NCBI GenBank assembly: GCA_026004495.1 | Contig: BPJG01000001.1 | Span: 2,672 to 66,671 of the forward strand | Direction of reading: 5' to 3' | Length of the DNA: 64,000 nucleotides | Source of the DNA: Candidatus Parcubacteria bacterium | GTDB lineage: Bacteria > Patescibacteriota > Minisyncoccia > UBA6257 > HR35 | Shown here: positions 10,169-18,602 of the stretch, one piece after another | Layout: each line of letters starts with the position of its first letter | Numbering within the stretch: position 1 is the stretch's first letter | The notes under the pieces: generated by a model | The model's input: only the letters and a program-made list of their open reading frames with translations | What the model was told of the DNA's origin: nothing | Databases searched by the model: none | Position numbers and translations under genes: made by a program

Positions 10169-10757
10169 AATTAAGATATTATTTTTAAGTTTTTTAATTC
10201 TCTTTTCTTTAAATTTTACTTTTGCTCACACTGAAGATGCTGAACTTAATACTGAAATTCAAAAGGGTAGAGAATTGGTTGAGAAATTTTATCGCGGTGA
10301 AATTAAATGCCAAGATTTAACCAATGAAGATTTTCATTCAGTTGGTGAATATGTAATGGAGCAGATGGTTGGTGGGAGTGATCATTTAACAATGAATAAA
10401 ATGATTGAACAAATGCATGGCAAAGAAGGAGAAGAATTGATGCATATTAATATGGGGAAAAGATTTTTAGGTTGTGAAACGCTAACATCTTCGAATTCTA
10501 GGCGAACTAATGCAAACAACTTCTTTATGATGCCGATGCATATGTGGGGTTCAAATTTTCCAATGATGGGTTATTGGCAAGGATGGTGGAATTTTACTAA
10601 TTGGAGAGGTTGGAATGTTTTAGTACCGATTTTTGGAATTTTAAGCTTTTTATGGCTTTTGATAATTTTATCTTTTCCAGTTTTAGTGTTAATTTTGCTT
10701 GTTTTGAGCATAGTTTATTTGATTAAAAAGTTAAGAAACGAAATTAAAAAAGAATAA
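10122..10757 (+). CDS. Met/His-rich membrane-anchored hypothetical protein
   Basis: Signal-like N-terminus, GEYVMEQM..HLTMNKM..MHG..LMHINMGKR..GC, MMPMHM..PMMG, C-terminal TM helix. Confidence 0.7.
   Translation: MNKHKLQRIYYEWQQIIKILFLSFLILFSLNFTFAHTEDAELNTEIQKGRELVEKFYRGEIKCQDLTNEDFHSVGEYVMEQMVGGSDHLTMNKMIEQMHGKEGEELMHINMGKRFLGCETLTSSNSRRTNANNFFMMPMHMWGSNFPMMGYWQGWWNFTNWRGWNVLVPIFGILSFLWLLIILSFPVLVLILLVLSIVYLIKKLRNEIKKE
10480..10517 (+). repeat. Phased tetramer element, GCGAAC type, degenerate
   Basis: cgctaac 10480, ttcgaat 10490, ggcgaac 10501, tgcaaac 10511; spacing 10/11/10. Confidence 0.6.
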
Positions 10758-10758
10758 A

Positions 10759-11847
10759 ATGGTTAAAATAATTAAGAACGAGGATAAAGATTATTATCAA
10801 TGTGAAGAATGTCAATATTTTTATGAAAATGAAGTACTAGCAAAAGAATGTGAAGATTGGTGTCAAAAATATAAAAGTTGTAATTTAGAAATTATAAAAC
10901 AAGCAGTCAAATTGCAAAATAATGAAGAAAACGAAAACAATCTTAATGAAAATAATTTAAAACAAAAGCTTAACTTAAAACAACTTTTAATTGGTATTTT
11001 GATTGGAGTATCAGTTATTTTTATTTTGACTAATTTTACTTTCGTAAAAATACCTAAAACTAGTTCTAATAACTCAATTAATAATCAATTAATTCAGCAA
11101 ATTATTGCCCAGGTTTTGCCTCAAGAAGGATTTAAAACAAGAATAGTTTTTGGTGATGCAGTTAAAAAAATGATTGATTGTGGAGTGATTGATTTAGAAA
11201 AAATGACAAAATTATATAATGGTAAGGTTCCTGAGTATATACAAAAATTGATAGAAGGCTCAAATGAGCCAATTGTTATCAATCAAGAAACTGCTAATTA
11301 TCTTTTAAATTTATTTTGGCCCTTAGGACTTTCAAATAAAACTGAATTTAATAAAAATATTCCTTTTTCAGAAAAAGATCTACCTCATTTAGCTTCAACT
11401 GGTGGTTGGTGGTTAGGTAAAAAAGAGAATGGTGCTGAATATTTTAATAAATGTGAAATTATAAAATTAACACCTCAGCAAGAAGAAATTGTTTATCGAG
11501 TCGCTCAAAATACTTTTCGTCCGTGTTGTGATAATTCAACATTCGCTCAAGATTGTAATCATGGTTCAGCCTTACTCGGTGCTTTAGAATTGGCTGCTTC
11601 TCAAGGTTATTCAGAAGATGAGCTTTATAAATTAGCATTACAGCTTAATTCATTTTGGTTTCCTCAAAATTACATAAAAATTGCTTTATATAAAAAATTA
11701 GTTGAAGGCAAAGACTGGCAAAATGTTGATCCAAAAGAAATTATGTCAGCTAAGTTTTCATCAATTTCAGGTTATATTCAAAATGTTGAGAAAAAATTAG
11801 CTAATGTACCAAACATTCCTTCAACTGGCGCAGGATGTGGATTGTGA
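10759..11847 (+). CDS. Cys-rich hypothetical protein (N-terminal CxxC domain, TM helix, exported domain)
   Basis: YQCEEC..CEDWC..SCNLEI; RPCCDNSTFAQDCNHG; ends GAGCGL. Confidence 0.75.
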   Translation: MVKIIKNEDKDYYQCEECQYFYENEVLAKECEDWCQKYKSCNLEIIKQAVKLQNNEENENNLNENNLKQKLNLKQLLIGILIGVSVIFILTNFTFVKIPKTSSNNSINNQLIQQIIAQVLPQEGFKTRIVFGDAVKKMIDCGVIDLEKMTKLYNGKVPEYIQKLIEGSNEPIVINQETANYLLNLFWPLGLSNKTEFNKNIPFSEKDLPHLASTGGWWLGKKENGAEYFNKCEIIKLTPQQEEIVYRVAQNTFRPCCDNSTFAQDCNHGSALLGALELAASQGYSEDELYKLALQLNSFWFPQNYIKIALYKKLVEGKDWQNVDPKEIMSAKFSSISGYIQNVEKKLANVPNIPSTGAGCGL

Positions 11848-12449
11848 AAAATTTTAAATTTATACTAATAAGTCTTCTAGGGATTTCGATTTTATTTAAT
11901 GGCTATTTGTTTTATCAAAAAATTAATTTAGATAAAAAGGTTTCTGAAATTCAAAAATATTTGTTGGATTTAGGCAGGCTCTCAGGAATTGATAATTATG
12001 GGTCGACACACATTCATGCAGATATCAAAATCTATTTAAATGGCGAAGAATTAAATTTATATAGTCCAGAAAATTTTGAAAAAAATCAATTTGTTCATTT
12101 TCATGAAACTAAAGATAAAACAAAACCTAATGATAATGTTATCCATATTCACGCTAAAGGCATAACTTTAAAACACTTTTTTAAATCTTTGGGAATTGAA
12201 TTAGAAAAAAATTGCTTCACTTATAATTTAAAAAGATATTGTAATGATGGTAAAAACACATTAAAGATATATGTTAACGGAAAGAGAATAGATAATTATG
12301 CAGATTATGAAATTAAAGACTTAGATAAAATATTAGTAAGTTATGGTTCAGAAAATGAAAAAGAAATTCAAAAACAAATTAATTCAGTCGGTAATAATTC
12401 AAAATTTCACAGCACCAAATTTAATTTTGAGTGCGGTGATGGATGCTAA
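11835..12449 (+). CDS. Exported His-rich hypothetical protein
   Basis: N-terminal TM, HIHAD, VHFH, IHIHAKGITL, ends CGDGC. Confidence 0.75.
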   Translation: MWIVKNFKFILISLLGISILFNGYLFYQKINLDKKVSEIQKYLLDLGRLSGIDNYGSTHIHADIKIYLNGEELNLYSPENFEKNQFVHFHETKDKTKPNDNVIHIHAKGITLKHFFKSLGIELEKNCFTYNLKRYCNDGKNTLKIYVNGKRIDNYADYEIKDLDKILVSYGSENEKEIQKQINSVGNNSKFHSTKFNFECGDGC

Positions 12450-12931
12450 AAATGAAAAAGAATAATCTCTGGCTTTTAATTGGAATAATCTTGGGCGCTA
12501 TTTTGATTTTGTTAATTTCAAACAATTTGTCGTTAAAACCTTCAAATAAATTTTCAGGGATTAAAGCAAAAGTTTATTATCAAGAAAATTGTGGTTGTTG
12601 TAAAGAATATATTGACTATTTGAGAAGGAATGGATTTAATATAGAGACGCAGGTTATGAGTTTGGAAGAGTTAGATAGGAATAAAAAAGAGCTAAAAATT
12701 CCGGAAAGTTTGTACGCTTGCCACACAGTTTTAATCGGGGATTATTTTATTGAAGGCCATATTCCAATTGAAGCAATTCAAAAGCTTTTAACTGAAAAAC
12801 CAGACATTAATGGAATTGCTTTACCAGGAATGCCTTCAGGATCACCAGGAATGCCAGGCTTTAAAATCTATCCCTTCAAAATTCATTCAGTCAAAAATGG
12901 AGAAGATAAAGGAATATTTATGGAGATATGA
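12443..12931 (+). CDS. DUF411 family (CopG-like) metal-binding protein
   Basis: CGCC, ACHT, YFIEGHIP, GIALPGMPSGSPGM. Confidence 0.9.
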   Translation: MLKMKKNNLWLLIGIILGAILILLISNNLSLKPSNKFSGIKAKVYYQENCGCCKEYIDYLRRNGFNIETQVMSLEELDRNKKELKIPESLYACHTVLIGDYFIEGHIPIEAIQKLLTEKPDINGIALPGMPSGSPGMPGFKIYPFKIHSVKNGEDKGIFMEI

Positions 12932-12932
12932 A

Positions 12933-12987
12933 CGCAGACCTATGCGGACTACACGCAGACTTTCGCAGACAATAATAAATCGCAGAC
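12933..12987 (+). repeat. Phased tetramer element, CGCAGAC type, intergenic, with a fifth unit
   Basis: cgcagac 12933, tgcggac 12943, cgcagac 12954, 12964 and 12981. Confidence 0.9.
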
Positions 12988-13026
12988 TAGTGGAGAAATT
13001 ATATTTGAAAATTTAATTAACGAAAA

Positions 13027-13107
13027 ATGAAAATTGTTTTTTTATTAATTATAACAATTTTACCATTTTTTGCTTTTGCTCATTGTCCGTTGCGTACTTT
13101 ATCTTGA
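13027..13107 (+). pseudogene. Truncated remnant of a small exported/membrane protein
   Basis: MKIVFLLIITILPFFAFAHCPLRTLS*: signal peptide then an HCPL(C/R)T-like motif and an early stop. Confidence 0.4.
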
Positions 13108-13270
13108 TCTTATTTACTTTAAAACAAAGTCCCCAATCAACACTTCAAAAACTTCTTGAATGCTGTAAAAATTGGTAAAATTTAATTAATGATATAGATA
13201 TTCGCGATCTTAGTCTTTTAATTTTTAGTAATTAGAGTATTTTTTAATAACTTAAAAAAGAACAGAAAGA

Positions 13271-14434
13271 ATGAACAAAAAGAAAATCTTAGGAGTGAAT
13301 AAGAATGTTTTTTATTTAAGTTTAGTGAGTTTGTTTAATGATTTTTCAAGCGAGATGGTTTATTCAATTATGCCTGTTTTTTTAACCAGAGTTTTAGGTG
13401 CGCCAATTTGGTTTGTTGGTTTTTTAGAAGGATTTGCCGAGGCTTTAAATAATATTTTAAAAATTTTTTCAGGCAGATTAGCAGATTATCTCAATCGACG
13501 AAAAATTTTAGCAGTTTTTGGTTATTCAATTTCAACTTTGACAAGATTTTTTCTTTATTTAGTTAATAATTTTTGGCAAATTTTGGTTTTAAGAGTTTTA
13601 GATAGAGTAGGTAAGGGCCTGCGTGATGCTCCTAGAGATGCTTTAATTTATTTATTTTCAGAAAAAGAACAATTAAATAAATTATATAATTTTCATCGAG
13701 CCTTTGATACAATTGGAGCAATCTTAGGACCAATTGTTGGTTTTATTCTTTTAAATTATTTTCTTCAATTAAATTATAGATTATTATTTTTAATTGCTTC
13801 ACTTTTAGGCTTTTTAACAATTTTAACTTTTATTTTTGTTGAAGATAAAAAAGAAAATTATTCAAAAAATAAAAAATTTATTTTCAGTTTAAAAATTTTT
13901 CCAGCCAACTTAAAACTTTATTTAATTTCATTCTTTTTATTTTCTCTAGGCTATTTTCCTCTTTCATTTACTCTTTTAAGAATTCAAACAATTGATTCAA
14001 GTTTAAAAACATTACCACTTTTTTATTTTATCTTTAATTTCTTCTTTGTTATTTTTGCTTTCCCAATTGGTAAATTGGCTGATAAATATGGAGAAAGATT
14101 AATGTTAAAACTCGGATTTATTTTTGCTATTTTATCTTTTTTGATTTTTTCAATCCCTAATAATCTTTTAATTTTTCCAGCAATTGTTTTGCTTTCTTTA
14201 AGTTTAGCTTTGATTGATGGAATTAAAGTGGTTTATCTAGGTAAAAATATTGCTCAAGAATATTTGGCTACAGCTCAGGGTACTTTAAATTCTCTATATG
14301 GCTTTGGCCAACTTTTTGGCGGTTTAATTGGTGGCTTGATTTGGACAAAATTAAACTTTACTTATGCTTTTATTTATGGATGTTTTTTAATTCTAATGTC
14401 ATTAATATTAATTGATCTTGCTCTGAGAAAATAA
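13271..14434 (+). CDS. MFS transporter
   Basis: SLFNDFSSEM, SGRLADYLNRRK, DRVGKGLRDAPRDALI; about 12 hydrophobic segments. Confidence 0.92.
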   Translation: MNKKKILGVNKNVFYLSLVSLFNDFSSEMVYSIMPVFLTRVLGAPIWFVGFLEGFAEALNNILKIFSGRLADYLNRRKILAVFGYSISTLTRFFLYLVNNFWQILVLRVLDRVGKGLRDAPRDALIYLFSEKEQLNKLYNFHRAFDTIGAILGPIVGFILLNYFLQLNYRLLFLIASLLGFLTILTFIFVEDKKENYSKNKKFIFSLKIFPANLKLYLISFFLFSLGYFPLSFTLLRIQTIDSSLKTLPLFYFIFNFFFVIFAFPIGKLADKYGERLMLKLGFIFAILSFLIFSIPNNLLIFPAIVLLSLSLALIDGIKVVYLGKNIAQEYLATAQGTLNSLYGFGQLFGGLIGGLIWTKLNFTYAFIYGCFLILMSLILIDLALRK

Positions 14435-14490
14435 ATTAAAAACTTGATAATGATTATTTTATGCAATAATATTTTTGAATAAATATTAAA

Positions 14491-15000
14491 ATTGAAGTAA
14501 CTTGCATTAATGTTGGTTGCGTACTATCAAAATTTTTAATTAATAAAGTAAAAATAAGTGTTTTAAAAAATCATTATTTAAATTTTGCTGAAGTTATTGA
14601 AGAAGAAATAAATTTAGTTAACTTAGTACCTTATACAATCTTTACTGATCCAAAATTAGCTGACATTGGTTTTACTGAAGAAAGTGAATTGAAAGAATTA
14701 AATGTTTGTGCTTGTCGTGTTTTGAAATTAAAATTTGTACCCAAAGAAAGAATAATTAAAGAAACTGATGGTTTAATAAAAATGCTGATTAATCCTAAAA
14801 CAAAAGAAATAACTGGTCTTCATCTTTTAGCATCATTTGCTAGTGAAATTATCAATCAAGGAATCTGGTTAATTAAAAATAAAATGACAATTGATGATGT
14901 TATTAATTCAATGCCTGTTTTTCCAACAATTTCTAAATCAATTAAACTTTGCGCTTTAAGTTTTTATAAAGATGTCGCCAAAATTAGTTGTTGTATCTAA
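14491..15000 (+). pseudogene. merA: Mercuric reductase relic with large internal deletion
   Basis: TCINVGCVLSK joined in frame to VPYTIFTDPKLA...GLHLLA..ASEII...FPTIS..IKLCA..F..DVAKISCCI*. Confidence 0.8.
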
Positions 15001-15001
15001 A

Positions 15002-15529
15002 ATGGAAATAATTGAAGCAATAAAATTAATTTTTATAAATGAAAAACAAAGATTGTTATATATTTTGAGTTTTCTTGTTTTAACTTTAATTTTTATTTTT
15101 CTTTTTGCTGAACTTTAAGTTTTATTAAACATTGAACCTGATAATGTTTGGCTTTACTTTCAAATCTGGCGCTTAAAAGATTGGTCAATGATAATCACTC
15201 TTTCGAGTTTAATATCGCTTAATTTAATATTTTTTATTTATTTGATGACACGCAGATTTACGCAGACTACACGTAGAACTACGCAGACAGTTATTAAGTC
15301 AACATCCACAACCATCATTGGCACTTTATCAGCAATTTTTTCAGGAATTTTAGCAACTGCTTTCTGCTCTTCTTGTTTAGTTGCTTTATCTAGTATTTTA
15401 GGAATTAGCTTTGCTTTAGGAATTTTGCTTTTAAAATACAGATTTTGGATTTTTATTATCTCAATCATTATCCTTTTAATTTCTCTCCACCTCACTTCAA
15501 AAAAGATAAACAAAAATTGTAATCGCTAA
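15002..15529 (+). pseudogene. MerT-like membrane protein with broken 5' part
   Basis: TM segments with FCSSC and LKYRFWIFII; follows merA; upstream part from ATG 15002 has stops. Confidence 0.5.
15251..15288 (+). repeat. Phased tetramer element, CGCAGAC type
   Basis: cgcagat 15251, cgcagac 15261, cgtagaa 15272, cgcagac 15282; spacing 10/11/10. Confidence 0.88.
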
Positions 15530-15658
15530 AAATTACCTCTTTTTAACAAATAAAAAACACAAAACAATCACACTACTTTTTTTAGCAAAAGATATTGAGA
15601 ATAATAACGCATTGGTTTTAAAAGAAGCAATAGAGAAATAAAATTTATTTTAAATTTT

Positions 15659-15997
15659 TTACTCTAAAATTTTATCTATCTTTGCTGCTAAAATAAAATC
15701 ATTTTGATGAAGACCTTTGATTGCATGAGTCCATAATTCTATTTCAACTTTATTGTAAAAAATATAAATATCAGGATGATGTCCTTCTTCTTCAGATATT
15801 TCTGCTACTTTATTTACAAACTCCATTGCCTCTTTAAAATCTTTAAATTCAAATTTTTTTCTTATTTTATGTGGTTTTCCTTCTTCTCTTACTAACTCCC
15901 AATCCTTAACTTCTTTTATATATTTTTCTTCCTCTTCATCGCTCAACGGCGGAACTCCTCCCTTACATGGTATACAATGTATCTTGTTAAGCTCCAT
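15659..15997 (-). CDS. phhB: Pterin-4-alpha-carbinolamine dehydratase
   Basis: CIPCKGG, FKDFKEAMEFVN, EEEGHHPDI, WTHAIKGLHQNDFILAAKID. Confidence 0.93.
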   Translation of the reverse strand: MELNKIHCIPCKGGVPPLSDEEEEKYIKEVKDWELVREEGKPHKIRKKFEFKDFKEAMEFVNKVAEISEEEGHHPDIYIFYNKVEIELWTHAIKGLHQNDFILAAKIDKILE

Positions 15998-16409
15998 ATG
16001 TTAATTATAAGATATTATATATTAAAGACAACAAAATAAACAACTTTATTGTTTTATTAGAAATTTTGAAGGTTTAATCATTATTTAAATAATATAAAAA
16101 ATTATCATATTACAAAAAATTTGAAAATATTCTTTTAATTATAAAAATATATATCTAATCGAAAATTGATTTAAGCGTTTAAGATGCTATAGCGTTTTAA
16201 ACTGTCAGATTATCAAAGATAAATTTTAAAAGATATAGCGTTTTATTTTATTTTCATTTCTAAATTAAAATTCAATTGATTATTTTCTTACTTTTTTAAG
16301 AAATTAAAAAATAGATAAAAACAATCCTTTCTTTAAATACAAATAAATATTCTAATATCTTGTAGAGTGTTAAAATGTTTTCTATTTAATTTTTATTGGA
16401 AGTTTATTT

Positions 16410-17123
16410 TTAATATCCACTAAAGTTTTCGCCTTTGATTTTTTCTTCGTCAACTCCCATATTGCTTAAAAGTTTATACATTGCCTGAGACATTTGTGGA
16501 GGGCCAGCGATATAAAAAATTGTATTTATAATTTCTTTACCTAAATATTTTTTAATCATTTCTTCATTAATATAATTTCTTTCACCATCCCAATATTTGA
16601 AAGAATTTTCCATTTGAGTCATGGTAGCAATTAATTTTATTTTTCCTTGTTTATCATATTCTAAAAGTTCGTCTAAATAAGCAGTATCTTCAGGACGACG
16701 ATTTGAATAAAAAAGATAAATTTTATATGGCAAATTATTTTTGGCAGAATATCTAATCATACTCATAAAAGGGGTGATACCAATTCCACCAGCAATAAAG
16801 GCAATAGTTTTATTAGTATCCTTTGGCAAGACCATTTGACCATAAGGACCATCAATTTCTATTTCGCTGCCCTCTGATAAATTTTTTAATAATCTTTTAA
16901 AATCAGAATTTCTCATTCTAATAGCAAAACAAATTTTATTTTCATCGGGACTGGAAACAACCGAAAATACTCTTTCATTTTTTTCTTCATCAATTTCCGT
17001 TGTATTTATTAATTTTAAAACAAAATGCTGGCCAGCTTTAAAATTTAAACCTTCAGGTTTTCCAAAACAAAACTCCATTGTTCCCTCAGCTATTTCCTTT
17101 TTTGATAAAAGTTTAATTTTCAT
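16410..17123 (-). CDS. FAD/NAD(P)-binding ferredoxin reductase-like oxidoreductase
   Basis: FKAGQH, RVFSVVSSP, GPYG, AGGIGITPF, YIAGPP, ENFSGY; start taken as ATG 17123. Confidence 0.9.
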   Translation of the reverse strand: MKIKLLSKKEIAEGTMEFCFGKPEGLNFKAGQHFVLKLINTTEIDEEKNERVFSVVSSPDENKICFAIRMRNSDFKRLLKNLSEGSEIEIDGPYGQMVLPKDTNKTIAFIAGGIGITPFMSMIRYSAKNNLPYKIYLFYSNRRPEDTAYLDELLEYDKQGKIKLIATMTQMENSFKYWDGERNYINEEMIKKYLGKEIINTIFYIAGPPQMSQAMYKLLSNMGVDEEKIKGENFSGY

Positions 17124-17176
17124 AATAATATAAATTATAATAATTATTATAATTAATTTTAATCTCAAAATATACT

Positions 17177-18538
17177 ATGAATATTTATGAAAACACATTA
17201 GCAAAAATAAAAAAATTAGCTAATCTATTAATAAAAATTGGTTACGATAAGATAAAAATTGAAGAATTGCTCAGATTTTTAATTTTACCACAAAGAATTA
17301 TTAAAGTTTTTATTCCCTTAAAAAGAGATAATGGTGAGTTAGAAATTTTTGAAGGCTATCGAGTTCAACATAATAATTTTTTAGGACCATATAAAGGAGG
17401 AATTAGATATTTTCCTGAAGTTAACGAAGACGAAATTAAAACTTTAGCTTTGCTTATGACATTGAAATGTGCTTTAGTTGATTTACCATTAGGTGGCGCT
17501 AAGGGAGGAATTAAAGTTGATCCAAAAAATTTATCTGAAACTGAATTAGAAAGACTTTCAAGAGAATATGTAAGAAAAATTTATGATTTTATTGGATCGG
17601 ATAAAGATATACCTGCTCCAGATGTAAATACTAATTCTAAAATTATGGGTTGGATGGTAGATGAATACATTAAAATAATACAGACTTACGCAGACTACAA
17701 GCAGACTAATGAAGAAAAAAATAAATTATTAGCAACTTTTACTGGAAAATCTCTTGAAAATGGAGGGATCGAAGGAAGAGAAGAGGCAACAGGTAAAGGT
17801 GGAGAAATTATTTTAAATAAATTGGTAAAAAAACTAAATTTGAATAAGAAAGAATTAACTGTTGCTATCCAAGGATTTGGCAATGTTGGTTATAATATTG
17901 CAAAATTTTTATATAGGACGCAGACCTTCGCAGACTATACGCAGACTAATGCAGACAATATAGATGTTCGCATAGGTTCGCGTGAAGGTTCGCATAAGTT
18001 TGCGAAATCAGAAATTTCTTACAAGATTATTGCTCTTTCTGATAGTAAAGGAGGAATTTATAGCAAAGAAGGTTTTAATCCAGAAATTGTGATGAAATGG
18101 AAAAAAGAAAAAGAGATGATAGGTCAAGATATAACTAATGAAGAAATTTTAGAACTTGATGTTGACATTTTAATTCCCGCTGCCCTGGAAAATGTAATAA
18201 CTAAAGATAATACCCATAGAATAAAAGCAAAAATAATTTTAGAAATGGCAAATAATCCAATAACTGAGGAGGCAGATGAAATTTTAAATCAAAAAGGAAT
18301 TATCGTTGTGCCTGATATTTTGGCAAATGCTGGTGGAGTAATTGTTTCTTATTTTGAAATGTTACAAAATATTGAAAATAGAAAATGGAGCAAAAAAGAA
18401 GTTTTTCAAAAATTAGAAGAACATCTAAGTAAGGCATTTGATAGGGTGTGGGAAACCTCAAAAAAACATAAAATATCATTAAGAAATTCAGGTATTTTAG
18501 TAGCCCTAAATAGATTATTAGAAAAATATAATTTTTAA
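17177..18538 (+). CDS. gdhA: Glu/Leu/Phe/Val (glutamate) dehydrogenase with two repeat-derived insertions
   Basis: GYRVQHN, GPYKGGIRY, GGAKGG, DIPAPDV, QGFGNVG, PDILANAGGVIVSYFE. Confidence 0.93.
   Translation: MNIYENTLAKIKKLANLLIKIGYDKIKIEELLRFLILPQRIIKVFIPLKRDNGELEIFEGYRVQHNNFLGPYKGGIRYFPEVNEDEIKTLALLMTLKCALVDLPLGGAKGGIKVDPKNLSETELERLSREYVRKIYDFIGSDKDIPAPDVNTNSKIMGWMVDEYIKIIQTYADYKQTNEEKNKLLATFTGKSLENGGIEGREEATGKGGEIILNKLVKKLNLNKKELTVAIQGFGNVGYNIAKFLYRTQTFADYTQTNADNIDVRIGSREGSHKFAKSEISYKIIALSDSKGGIYSKEGFNPEIVMKWKKEKEMIGQDITNEEILELDVDILIPAALENVITKDNTHRIKAKIILEMANNPITEEADEILNQKGIIVVPDILANAGGVIVSYFEMLQNIENRKWSKKEVFQKLEEHLSKAFDRVWETSKKHKISLRNSGILVALNRLLEKYNF
17679..17716 (+). repeat. Phased tetramer element, CGCAGAC type, in gdh
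   Basis: tacagac 17679, cgcagac 17689, agcagac 17700, tgaagaa 17710. Confidence 0.8.
17919..18004. repeat. Phased tetramer element, inverted composite, in gdh
   Basis: cgcagac 17919/17929/17940, tgcagac 17950; gttcgc 17966/17976/17988, gtttgc 17998. Confidence 0.92.
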
Positions 18539-18602
18539 GAAATCTTAAAATTAGATTATAATTAAATAGTCGAAATTTAGAAATTGATTATTAAAAACAA
18601 TC

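Noticed and set aside
12810-13016. 68-aa ORF overlapping DUF411
   Set aside because: Alternative frame running through the repeat block; no independent support
16170-16246. Three AGCGTTT motifs in an intergenic region
   Set aside because: Irregular spacing (16174, 16191, 16237) and too short to assign
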